Of a DNA stretch of 64,000 nucleotides, positions 41,409 to 53,771 are shown one piece after another (within the stretch, counting starts at the first letter, position 1; every line of letters begins with the position of its first letter). Source of the stretch: Chrysomallon squamiferum (taxonomy: Eukaryota; Animalia; Mollusca); the NCBI GenBank assembly GCA_012295275.1, contig CM022670.1, positions 16,492,001 to 16,556,000 of the forward strand. Reading direction: 5' to 3'. The translations under genes were made by a program, and so were the position numbers. The notes under the pieces are model-generated. The model was not told the DNA's origin and made no database searches. It saw nothing but the letters and a program-made list of their open reading frames with translations.

Positions 41409-43585
41409 GTGTGTTGTGTGTGTGTCTCTGTTTGTGTGATTGTATGTGTGTGTGTGTGTCTGCATGTTTGTGTTTCTCTGTGTATGCATGTATCTGCGTA
41501 TGTATGTGTTTGGGTTTATGTATGTGACTGTGTGTGTATATGTGTGCGTGCGCGCGTGTGTTTTTACCTCTGAAAATATCATTGAACCGAAGCCTTTCGC
41601 AGGAAATCCACCTCCTATATTTAGGAGTTCAAAATTAAAACCATTCTTCTGAGCCAACTCAAACACGCAATTTGCCTGTTCAATGGCTTCAGCATAAACC
41701 TCAGCGGAATCAGTTCCAATGCCAATATGAAAACTAAAATTAACTATGTGTTGTTAAAAGTATATAAATTATTTACATGCCAAAAAGAAAATATCATATC
41801 CATTTTCCACGTATGAAATCAGACATAAACAATGTGAAGACTGGATCAGAAATGTTTTTCAACTGATTTTTGTCAATAATTTGACCATGTTTGATTTTTT
41901 AAAGTGTTTGATTAAATGTTGTATCTGATTTCATCATACATAAACAATAAATTTCTCATGTTTGAGCTTACTTGTAATAAACTGACAAAATCCTTATAGT
42001 ATACTCATTAATATTTACACACTTTAACTATTATTATTTTAAAATCAAAAAGGTTGTGGTAAATCGTAAAAGATGATGACACATTTTACCTTATTCCAAT
42101 AACATTCATTTCGAGTTCCCTGGCTTTAGACAGAAGAGGCAGAACCATATCAGGACTACAACCAAACTTCGTTTCAAATTTGTACATTATAGGGATTTTA
42201 CTAACAGTGCAGATGCGTAGAACTAATCTGAAGAAAAAAAAAACGAATACGTTTAAACGCATTTCAGAATATCCACTATTACGAATGTTACAGTACGTTA
42301 AGTATTATCTTCAGAGGACTGTTGAAAAATTAAGGTTTTATTAATAACTTATAAAAGAGGATGACAACACAGGAAACGGTACTTGTCGTTATTTGTGGTT
42401 TACATCAGCACTGTGATTGCCATATTAAAAGTGTGAAGTTGTTACAAACAAACTGCGACAGTTACACTAGTTAAAGGTAAAAAGAAATGTTGAGTGTTTA
42501 CCTGGCATCAGGGAATATCTCCCTCGTCTTGTACAGCTCTTCCTCGTTGTCAAACACGAGTGTGTTGACGTTGTGCTTCGCCGCGTACTTGATGTACGAT
42601 TTCTGCTTGCACGGATTAGCATAGATAATTCGCGTGGGTGAAACACCAAGATTCAGAATCTTGCTAATTTCAGTCTGGAAAACAGATAACTAACTCTAAA
42701 ACGTTAAATTTCTTCCTTCTTCTTAACACACAACTACTTCGCATTTTGCTACAGTTATCGTTGTCGTAAATAAAAGATTTAACATGCTATAAGTAGCTGT
42801 ATTTAGATTACCATAAAATAAGTTTCATGCTCTGAAATGGTACTGATAAGACTTATAATAAAGAAAGCGAAAAGTATTTAAATTCTATTCAACTCATTAT
42901 TACTTCTGAGAACAAACATTAAGGAGATACAAGCATGGATTTAAAGTAAATGCCATTAGAAAAGCTGATGGACAATGAACAGTGTTTAAAAAGTTGTATA
43001 ATCAGTCTAAAATAAATTAATAAAATTGAAACCACTATCTTTTTTTTTTTTTTTTTTTTTCTTTTTTTTTTATGAATAAACTATTTAAAATTTATATTCT
43101 TGACTATTCTTGAGAGATTTGTTTAAAAAGTGTTTTATTATTTATTTATTGTTTGTTTGTTTGTTTGAGACTATTTTATTTGAGATTATTTTATACAAAA
43201 CAAACTGCTAATAATTATATATGTTGTATAACTGCTGCGTACTTTGAAAAATAAATTATTTTTTGTTCAAAACAAATAGTCCTTTTTCTTATGTTTCAAA
43301 ATTAATAATATATTCCTACACTGACGTAGTAGTTCCTACTTGTATTGATAAAACAAATACGTGTGCGAGTGTTAATTGTTCTTCACTGGAAGTCAATCCA
43401 CATTTTAATTTTATTTCTTGTTATTTGTTTGTGGTGATATATCAGTAGATGTTTTACCTTACTGGCGCAGTCAAATGATGTTCCCAGATCAGCAAGCAAC
43501 TTTAACACAGCATAATCATCATTGCATTTAACAGCTAATAACACAAAATAATATAATTACAGGATCATCACAAACACACGCATTT

Positions 43586-43617
<32 letters not shown>

Positions 43618-44330
43618 GTATGATGATAATCCATTTTTGTGGATTTATAATTATACAGTATTTTAAAACGTAGTATGTGTGTTCTTGATGTATATATATA
43701 TATATATTCAGTAAAAACACAGTATTATCTTTATGTAACTACTCTATTCATGTAAGTGTAATTCGTATTTGTTTCCTTGTCTGAATGATAATAGCAAACC
43801 CGCCCTTACTTGAGATCTCTGATTCAGCTCCCAAAATTATCTGATTTATTATAAGTGATTATAAAATATCAGTTTGTGATTATATTCATCAGAATTCTGT
43901 CACTACTCACCATAAAAAGGTTCAGTCCGAGGAAAATGTTTTTTCCAGTTCTCGTGTTTGCTGATTATATCAGCAAGATCAACCATGAAGAAAGTATCAT
44001 CATTTCCCTAATTTAAAAAAAAAGAAAAGAAAAAAGTACTTTTTGGAACATTACTTTGTGTGGACTGAACTATAATACAAACAACAGTTCAGTTTCTGTT
44101 ATTATATTTATAATGCATTTCAATACAGATTGCACTAAAATGGCTACTTTTATACACCCATAATTGATGATGTGATATTTATTGAAATTCAACATTAACA
44201 CAGAAAAAGTAGAGGTATTTACTCTGCATTTGGCACATAAGAACAGTAATTATTCAAATACAACTACTACAACTATTACAACTACTTCTACTGTTAAAAC
44301 AATAACAACAACAATAATAATAATGACAGT

Positions 44331-44379
<49 letters not shown>

Positions 44380-44870
44380 CCAGCATCAACAACAACAACA
44401 ACAATAACAACAATAACAAAACAATAATAATAATAATAAAAAATTGTATTAGTAATAGTTATATTTTCATATTTTATAATATTACACGGCCGTAAATACA
44501 TTGATGCAAATGACGGAAATGCCTTATATCGAAATTGAGAAAAAACTAAATTTTTTAGAAACGATAATCACTGAATGAATTCGTTAGACGTCCCTAGATT
44601 CTTCGCCCACTTTTTGCCCCGCTTCGCTCGGCGATTAAGTGTTTTTGTCTCATTTCAAAAAGTGTCTAGTTACGGCCATGTATTAAGGGAAATGAAAAAC
44701 GAACATTTATAAAACTGTAGCAAATATAAAAGCGGGTGTATAAAAATAGAAAACTGTGATACCTGAGAGTCGAGTGATGCTGTCTTTTCAGCAATAAGAC
44801 TTTTCAGTGATTTGTCTTCTGCGAGCAATTCCACGTCTGCAGGATCTATTTTCTGTTCTTCTGACATCAT
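39113..44870 (-). CDS. Ornithine decarboxylase-family (fold-type III PLP) protein, copy B, ~432 aa, non-canonical substrate pocket
   Basis: Exons 44763-44870, 43911-44007, 43458-43534, 42502-42674, 42090-42227, 41568-41733, 40766-40931, 40291-40403, 39958-40166 and 39113-39164 (alternative terminal exon 38850-38871). Exons 1-9 are the same sizes as in copy A, all GT-AG, no stops; ~29 aa differences over exons 1-9 by manual count. Confidence 0.93.
41322..41560. repeat. (TC)n ~80 bp plus degenerate (TG)n in ODC-like copy B intron 6
   Basis: Directly visible. The (TC)n run is expanded relative to the paralogous intron at ~23020-23045. Confidence 0.92.
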
Positions 44871-44951
44871 AAATAAGATGATGGAATTCTTCAGTCTAAA
44901 AATATTTGTTAGTGAATAAAAATGTCTTAAGATGAGATAGACGGGGAGTGA

Positions 44952-45026
<75 letters not shown>

Positions 45027-47941
45027 AAAAAAAAAAGCAAAACCAGTAAAAGTAAAAAAAAAATGTGTGATATGCTTGTACCTGTTTTAATTAGTATTAA
45101 AATGCTGCACTGACAATGAGATGGTGTCTCGTAAAAGCTGGCGTCACGACAGTCCATTGTTTTCAATACCATCTGTGATATTTATCGTCCATGAAAATAT
45201 TTTAATATGCTAATAAGTCATAGAAAATCTGATAATTTTGGAAATAAAGCATCTAATTTTCACAAATGGTTAATGGGTCGTGGCACTGATTTATTTTTCA
45301 GTAGGTGGAGATTTTGTACATCCATCCACGTACTGCGTTTCTCTCTACGTGTTTTACAGAGAGCAAACAAAGGAAATTAAAACGCACACCAAAGATTAGT
45401 TGCTTAAACCAAGGTTTTTCAAACAGCGTTCTATAGAACTCATGGACTGCACATGAGCTTATCACTGATTACGTACTCAGTTTCAGAGACGTAAACCATT
45501 TAAATTCAGGATTTCGATAATTTATTAGAAAAATATCCCAATTCCATTTCCAGTGCATGTTGGTACAGTTTTTCTCAGCACACATCGGTCAGTTTTGAAA
45601 AATACACATAAATACGGGCCTAAATATGTTAATATCCTATGAATATGTAAACTATTTCAATTTTAGAAGTTTCATTGACTATTGCTTCTCTTTACTTTTC
45701 CAAGCCTCTCGTTGATGTGCAGGTTTAATTGGTGAAGTTGAATTTCTTAACCCACTACAGTAAGGATTAATTTTTATTAAGTTATAGTACTTATTTATCT
45801 TTGTTTTTGATATCATTTAGGATATTTTTTGTGTAAAATATATCGGTTTCATGAGTAAAAAAAGTTCAAGAAACTGTTATCTACATACTGCTGTAATTAA
45901 TAAGTACACATATTAAAAATAGCTTCTAAACCAATTGTTTTTTCTAGCTTAATAATGTAAACATTAATAAATAAATAAAAATATATTAAACTGGGTTGGA
46001 AAAAAGTTCATAGCGGTTTTACGGGAAATACATAAGCAACATTTGTACATAAATTTACTCAAACACACACCTGCCGCTTGGTTCACGTTTCAGAAAATGC
46101 ACATATTTCAGTCATGTGTGAAATGAAATCATGAGCTCAGATGCCACTTAATAAAAAAACCCACATTTCTTCCAAAACAGTAATTAATAGAGTTGTATTA
46201 GCCCGACGAATCTCATCAGTCAATAACAAATACGAGTAAGCGTCATATATGCGCTGCTTTATAAGTTTAATTAAAAGAGTATTGTTTTTTTTTAAATATC
46301 TGATAACAAGAGAAATATCCTATTATGAAGAGCATTTTCCTTCACATTATCACACTTTAATGCAATTCTGTATTTTAATTTTGTTACAATCGGCATCAAA
46401 TCTGTTTTAGAATAATAATATACGGGAAAAAAAAAGATTTTTTTTTTTGTATATTTAATATGAAATTTCAAGTGCTTAAGGAGATAGGTGGGTTGGGTAC
46501 ATTACATACTGGGCAAAAAAAAAAAATACATTATGGACAAGATGACTGAGCAAGATGGAAATCTTAGGCCAGCGGTTTTTTTTTAGACCGGTATAAAAAA
46601 AAAATTGATAACGATCGATACGTTCTAAAATGTAAAATTATTAATTCTAATTTTAAAGGGATACTGAATATTTATAGACATACTGTTAGGTTTGGACTGA
46701 ACTAGACCCCACCCCTGACAAATTTTGTATGAACGTCTCTATGACAACCTGTAAGTTGATCGGGGCACATAATACGGGCAATCTATATATGTAGATGTTT
46801 GATTTTTGTTTGTTACAACGGCTTGGTTATGTTGTATTGTCTCATTTCGTCTTTACAAAACCCTAAATAACAAAATCTTTCTGTTTACACAGTTTATTTG
46901 CTGAAAACTCTTTTTATTAATTTTGCTATAGAAAGTTTCCGTTTTTTAGGTGGCTCTGCCATTATGACTAATTCAATAAGACAATGTAAAATGTCCGCTA
47001 TATGCATTTATACGGACTTCTGTTTTTGACACTAAATCTAGATAAGTGAATTCATTTAGGTATCAACACATACTAATTATAATCTTGTTCATTTAGTTGC
47101 ATGTAGTAATTACAAGAAGTATGGCTGCATTATTTATTAAACTTTCAAAGAAAAGATCATTTCAAGCGTGGTAGTTTAATAAAGTACAAATTGCCGCTGT
47201 TTTTGAGAAGTGATCGTACGTGCAAACTTGGGTGCCAGTGTTGACATTACTAATTACTATACAACTTGATTTTAGTTCTGGAATTTACAACCAAAACCCG
47301 AACTAGTCAAGGACAGTGACTTTTTTTTTTTTTTTTATCATAAACTATAGAATAACAGTACAGATATATAATAACAACATTAGAATCACACCCGAATCAT
47401 ACCGGGTTTTGTTCATAATAAATTAACGATAGCTGGACCGGATTTTGAAATGGTGCTGGTTTAAATCAGAAATCCGGATTAGTCGAAAGTCGTTTATATA
47501 TATATATATATAACGTTAAAATAAAAATAATAATTTAAAAAAAAAAAAAAAAAAAAAAAATTAAGAAATCTATGAAACAAAATAAACTACACTTCTTATG
47601 GGCATTAAAAGAATTACGTTGCGGGTGATATCAATCAGCCTCTTCATGCTGGAGCCACACATTTATTTATTCCGTTATCACAGCTATATTCTTTTACACT
47701 TTACCGTATTACGTACTATTAATTCTTTAATATAAAATTAAATTAATCATTGATATATTATTATTCATTATAAGTTTTTTTTACATCAAATATACATTTT
47801 ATAATAATCTTTAAAGTTATTTGAAAGAAAAGTGCTTTAAACGAACCTGTGAACCGCCGGTTGTAAAACAGAAAAATATCTTTATCTTGTTAAACTTCGG
47901 TTTTGAGATTGTACTGCCATTTTGATAGGTAGTACTGATTT

Positions 47942-47977
<36 letters not shown>

Positions 47978-48747
47978 TCACGTGCTAAATTAAAATCATC
48001 TAACTGGTTATTGTATAGTTATTTGGTTAAACGAACTCGGATAAAATGTTATTTTATGGATGAATATGCTTGTGTTTACGCTTACCTTTTATTTATATTT
48101 TTATTTATTTATTTATTTATTTATTTTTTTTTTTTTTTTGCGATTTCTATTTTTATTTCTATTATTATTATCATTATTTTTTTTTTTTTTCCGCCGTAGA
48201 TAAATTACACTATAGCAGAGACAGCGTGTCGAATGATTACCTAAAAACTGCATGAATAGTTTTCTGATTCAGTCAGTTTCCTAGATCATACATTAGAATG
48301 AAATAATAAAATTTCGCTTAAAAGGACCATCAAAAGAAATGTTACAACTGTAAAACTGAAAATTAATCAACTGAAAACACAGATCATCAATAGTGTTTGA
48401 AGAACAAAATAACCGCCCACGGTAGGTTTTCGGAGGAATATGCGAAAAAGTGAAAAGTATGTAAGAATGGTTTACACGGCATGTCACACATCCACAGTGA
48501 CAAAGCCAGGTACCCCATTGCCAGAACTACATTGAGGCAAATGAGGCAAATGCCTCATACCGAAATTGACAAATTTTGTTTTCGTTTTTTTTTAGATACA
48601 AAGATTTTTTTTTTTTTTTTTTTAAGTATAAATGGTTAGAACGAGGATTGGGCGACTTTCAAGTTATAGTATACAGTTATATGGTTAAACGAACTCGGAT
48701 AAAATGTTAGTTAAAGGTCGGTTTTCACAGAATTTAAAATATATACA

Positions 48748-49490
48748 CAGTGGTACTGCGACTTACGAGTGCTCCAACTTACGAGTTTTTCGAGTTACGA
48801 AGTTTTGCTTTGAGTTGAAAGCTAAAATCCGAGTTACGAGCGAGTTTCTGACATGCCGCTGCTACTTGGCGCAACGAACAACACAACATCCGGCCAGCAT
48901 ACCGCGTCTCACTCGTTTACTTCACGTGCTCATCTGGCCGTGGAAGCATCTCTGTTGTGTTGTGTTCGCGTTTTGTACAGATATTTGCCAAATTTCTTTT
49001 TTTCTGACCATGGATCGCAAGAAAGTGAGTGCAAAGGACAGTGCTGAGAAGAAGAAGCGGATGAAATCATAGAAAAATCTGAGCGAGCTGTGAATGTAGT
49101 CGACTTGGCCACGCAATACGAGTGTAGTACTTCTACGATATGTACCATACTGAAGCAGAAGGAGTCAATAAAGGCTATAACTCCAGACAAAGGCGTTAAA
49201 ATAATTTGTCTGATCTCCAAGATAAATACACTTTACAAAACCAATTTATTGCTTTACATCCTCTTTTATTATTATTTTTGTTATACAACATTTGTCTTTT
49301 ATAAATATATTTTTCTTATTTAAAAATACGTTACAAAAAAAATAAAAAAATACAAATGGGGTGGTTTTGGGGGCTGAAACGGATTAATGGTATTTCAGTT
49401 AATTTTAGATGGGAAAATTGATTTGATATTCGAGCAAATTGAGCTACGACCTCGCTCGCGGAACGAATTAAACTCGTAAGTCGAGGTACC
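48748..49490 (+). mobile_element. Non-autonomous Tigger/pogo-like element with CENP-B-type HTH remnant
   Basis: TIRs CAGTGGTACTGCGACTTACGAGT ... ACTCGTAAGTCGAGGTACC (right end clipped). Coding remnant MDRKKVSAKDSAEKKKRM...VVDLATQYECSTSTICTILKQKESIKAIT. Confidence 0.8.
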
Positions 49491-50100
49491 CCAAAACCAG
49501 CCCATTTTTGTGTAACGTGTTTTAAAATAAGAAAACTGTAAGTATAAATGCAAAAGTATTGTATAAAAACAAAACAAAAGAGAATGTAAAGAAATAAATT
49601 GGTTTTGTGAAGTGTACAGGGTTAGGTTTCTGCATCTTTTCATGGACAAAGGTCCACAGCTTAGTAATTATTTTAACGCCTTTGGCTGGAGTTATAGCCT
49701 TTATCGACACCTTCTGCTTCAGTTAGGTAGATATAGTAAAAGTATACGATCAAACTGCCTAGCCATGTTGACTACACACACACCTCGCTCATGTTTTTCT
49801 ATGATTTCATGCTTTAATTCAATGGACATCATCCGCTTCTTCTTAGCACTGTCCTTTGCACTCACTTTCTTAGGATCCATGGAAATTTGGCAAAATACTG
49901 CACAAAACGCGAGCACATCATAACAGAGATGCTTCCATGGTGAAGTAGCCACGTGAAGTAAACGAGTGAGACGCGGGATGCTGGCCGGATATTGTGTTGT
50001 TCGTTGCGCCAAGTAGCAGCGGCATATGTGAAGCTCGCGCGTCACTCGGATTTTAGCTCGCAACTCAAAGCAAAACCTGGACTAAGCGACTGCTCGTAAT
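49488..50100 (-). mobile_element. Second, inverted and truncated copy of the same Tigger/pogo-like element
   Basis: MDPKKVSAKDSAKKKRMMSIELKHEIIEKHERGVCVVNMARQFDR; reverse-complement match to 48800-49375. Confidence 0.8.
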
Positions 50101-50767
50101 ACGTTAATATTTTCACTCACTCACTCACTCACTCAAATGAAAGCATTAAACTTTAATATATGTAACATATGATAAAGTGACAACAATATAGAGACATAAA
50201 AATGTACATAAATATATAGTGTGAATATAAAGAAGAATGTACAAGAATGTCGGTTAAGTTGGCAGGTTAGGATTGGTCGCGGGAGAATGAGGGGGTGCCG
50301 TGATCATACAACGGGATTCATTATAATGCTATTTTTTAATATAAGAACCTATAGGATTCAATATAAGTCACGGGGGCATTATATGTGTATATATATATAT
50401 TCTTATATTATGTATATATCGAGAAGTTACATTTAAATGGGCGAAACATGATGTTTTTTCGCGTTTTTCGCGTAGTTTGTCAATGTATTTGAATCTTCCC
50501 TTTTCAAACGTTTTCTCTAGATACTATTAAATTATTCTGAATCCCGTTGTATGATCCCGGCAGTCCCCTCATCCTCCCGCGACCAATCCTAATCTGCCAA
50601 CTTAACCGACATTCTTCTTATATATACACACTGCATAACATTTATGTACATTTTTATGTCTCTGTATTGTTGTCACTTTAACATATTACGTTATATGTAT
50701 TAAAGTTTAATGCTTCAGTAAATTTTACGGTTAATGCTTTAATTTCAGTGAGTGAAAATATTAACGT
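50101..50767. mobile_element. Foldback/MITE-like element with ~230-bp terminal inverted repeats
   Basis: 50101-50330 (acgttaatattttcactcac...gaatgtcggttaagttggcaggttaggattggtcgcgggag...catacaacgggattca) is the reverse complement of 50538-50767. Confidence 0.8.
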
Positions 50768-50769
50768 GC

Positions 50770-51275
50770 TGCAAATCAGTGCAAGCTGTTGTAAAGAGGT
50801 TGTGTCTGTCGCAGAGAAGAGTTGAGGAATGAAAGAGAGTTTCGAGCAGATCGAATCGTAACGAAAAGATTGTGGTGTTTTGTTGTTGTTTTCTGCTTAT
50901 TGATGTTTCAGGATTTCAGCTTTTTTTTTTTTTTTTTTTTTTCCAGTTCCTTGTTTTCATCACCAGATTCGTGAGGGGTTGGTCCTGTTTGCTGTTACGT
51001 TTATGGGCGTTCTTGGTATGTTCATCTCCTTGTTGGCTGGTTCTTTATCATCCAGCAGTTTACAACTTTTTCTCTTTTTGTTTTTGCCAGTGGTCTTTTT
51101 ATTGGTTTAAACTCAAAGTAATTCTTGATAAGATTTCAGAGGAATATGAAGAATGCATTCATTATTTAAATAAAACAGATATCATGATAGAAATTATGGA
51201 TGTCTCTTGCCTTTTTACTGTCAGGTAGAGATGATACAAAAGAACAAAATTAAATCCACTATGTAGGTATATGCA
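50770..51275 (+). pseudogene. Degenerate duplicated fragments of the spacer region (33910-34190 joined to a piece of the 454-aa exon, 32760-32925)
   Basis: aatcagtgcaagctgttgt and tttgcca.tggtctttt are shared with 33911-34185. LKVILDKISEEYEECIHYL at 51110-51170 matches LKVIIHKVSEEYEECIHYL at 32760-32820. Confidence 0.75.
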
Positions 51276-51706
51276 AAATACCCATTTTGTTCTCTCGAGA
51301 TTTCTGTACAGCATCAGCAAAGTGCGTCTGTCGGTCCATCTGAAAAATCTTGCTACAGTCTCATTTCCGAATGTTTATTATTGATCAAGGAAAAGTTTAT
51401 CAAATTTTGAAAGAAAATATCTTTCTGAAAACGTCGGCAAAGCCATCGATCATTGGAAACATCTTGGTTAGTCAATCAAAATATATTCGCAATATGAATA
51501 TTGATATGCTTATTAACTAGTATTGTGCTCACTTTCAACAAATATTATAGTTGCGACATATTGCAGACGTAACGCGGACTGTGTCTCAGTTATTTCCTAT
51601 CCAGGTAATTAGTCACAGCTTACGTAAAAAGCAGGTTAACACAGTGTATTATTATTTTTTTTATATCACAAATCCTAGACTATAGAGTTACTTCCCTTAA
51701 TTCCAG

Positions 51707-51712
51707 CACGTG
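51707..51712. promoter_or_regulatory. Canonical E-box CACGTG in the first (5'UTR) intron of CAD
   Basis: Seen in sequence, downstream of a putative UTR exon ending CAG|GTAATT at 51604. Mammalian CAD is a known Myc/E-box target. Confidence 0.35.
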
Positions 51713-51940
51713 TTGGCCTTGTAAACAATTTGGGTGTTTTTTTTCTGTTATATTTTATGCTAAATTTTATCTGACACACAACAAAAACATCTGATTTGTG
51801 TTGTTAATTAACTTTTACGTAGGACATTTTATAGAAATATATTATTGTTTTTTATTGCATCTATTTATAATTTTTTGGCAGATGTGCGGAGTTCCAAGGG
51901 ACGCATTTATTGTTTGGGACTAGACGATAATTAACAGAAG

Positions 51941-53210
51941 ATGACTAAAGCCAGACTCTATCTAGATGATGGAACATATTATGAAGGTCATCAGTTTGGG
52001 ACAGCAAAGTCGATGTCAGGAGAAGTCGGTACGAATTCACCCTTTACTTTCTCCATCTTTTCATGGACAAAAAAACAATAACATACACACACACACACAC
52101 AAAAAAAAAAAAAAAAATAAAAAAAAAATACATAAATAAAAAAAAAATAAAAAAAAAAAAAAAAAGTTTTATTTTTATGTTTTAAACGCACATTCTAGTC
52201 TAGGCTTCAAAACGGAATGTGCTTTAAGATACCACAAAGCAACGAGAAAGATATGCTATTTAAAAAAAACCCCCAAAACCCCCAAAACTTAATAATGTTA
52301 ACTTTGAGATTCAGTTAGTGAAGTTTAATTTATTTTGGGCAGGTTTCATCCATTAATACAGCTGCTTTGTTTTTGCAAGTATCTTCATTTATTGTTAAAA
52401 ATCAGAAGCTTATTAACAATATTTAATTAGTTTTCCAGACAGGAATGGTGGGATATCCCGAGTCTCTGACTGATCCTTCGTATCGGAAGCAGATCCTGGT
52501 GTTGACATATCCACTCATTGGCAACTATGGTGTAGCAGATGATAAAGAAGATGATTTTGGCTTGAAGAGATGGTTTGAATCGTCCAGAATCCATGTGGCT
52601 GGTCTTGTTATTGGAGACCTTACAGAAAAATACAGCCACTGGAGTGCTGTGAAGTCTCTGTCAACCTGGCTTGTTGAGCAGGACATTACAGCAATATGGG
52701 GTACAAAATGCTCTTTTAATTTTTTTACTGTTTGGGTGATTTAAGGAAACAGAACATATTAAAATAATGTTTTCTAAGATGTTTTCCATATAAAAGAGAA
52801 ACAAAATAAAACAGAACAGAACAAAACTCACTCAGATACCATTTATAATTGCAGCAGGTCAGATATAACAACATAAAACAAGTAGATTTATTAAAGTCTG
52901 TATTACAAAACTTGTCTGATTCTTCACTTTGACAATATATGAGAAATGGCAAAAGATGCAAATTCTTTAAAATACCGTTTTATTATGTGGGTGTCAAATT
53001 ATTTCAGTAAAAATTACTTGTGTTTTAAAACAATATCTATCTTATCTGAATTAGATATTAACCTTTTTAAAAATATTTGTAAAGATATTGTAAACTGCTA
53101 AAATACTGTAATTTTCAGGTATTGATACTCGTGCAGTAACGAAGAAAATCAGAGAGAAGGGAACAATGCTTGGAAAGGTTAAATTATTATAGTATACTGT
53201 TGTCTTTTTA

Positions 53211-53245
<35 letters not shown>

Positions 53246-53725
53246 TTATATTATGAAGTGAAATATTGTTTTTCAAAGATAGCATTTTGTAAGTGCTTAT
53301 ATGGTAAACATTTTATATTTTTCATTGTTTAGTGAAAAAAATGCAAGAATAGTTATTTTAAACACTGCCCTGTTAAGAGAAATAGAGCTAGGTATGGTCT
53401 GTTCAGAAATGCAGTTCTACTGAGATTTGTATGTGACATACTGGAAAGATAGAATAACCAAATGTATTAAATGCTTGTTTCATCACATTTTAAAACAATG
53501 TTGTAAATGTATTTCAGATTGTTGTTGATGGTACCGATCCTGATGTGGTAGCAATGGTTGATCCAGATAAACTTAATCTGGTCAACGAGGTGTCTTTGAA
53601 GGTTTGTTAATTTTGTCTTGGTGTCTGTGCAGATACTTAGGCTTCCTCTGTTTTTAAATGACAAGACAGATGAATGTAAATTTTAGATGAAATCAGCTTG
53701 CATCAATGACATGAAAACAAAATAA

Positions 53726-53771
<46 letters not shown>

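Larger units (their letters stand above)
36549..48660 (-). repeat. Right arm of large inverted segmental duplication (partner ~16260-27651)
   Basis: Reverse-complement colinearity with the left arm, including the Tc1 remnant, 3' flank, all ODC-like exons and upstream region. Confidence 0.93.

Noticed and set aside
19935-44870. Assigning the symbol ODC1 or AZIN to the two paralogs, or calling them pseudogenes
   Set aside because: Loss of D332/D361 argues against ODC1, and retained K69/C360 with no uCC gives no positive evidence for AZIN. Reading frames and splice sites are intact, so they are not pseudogenes.
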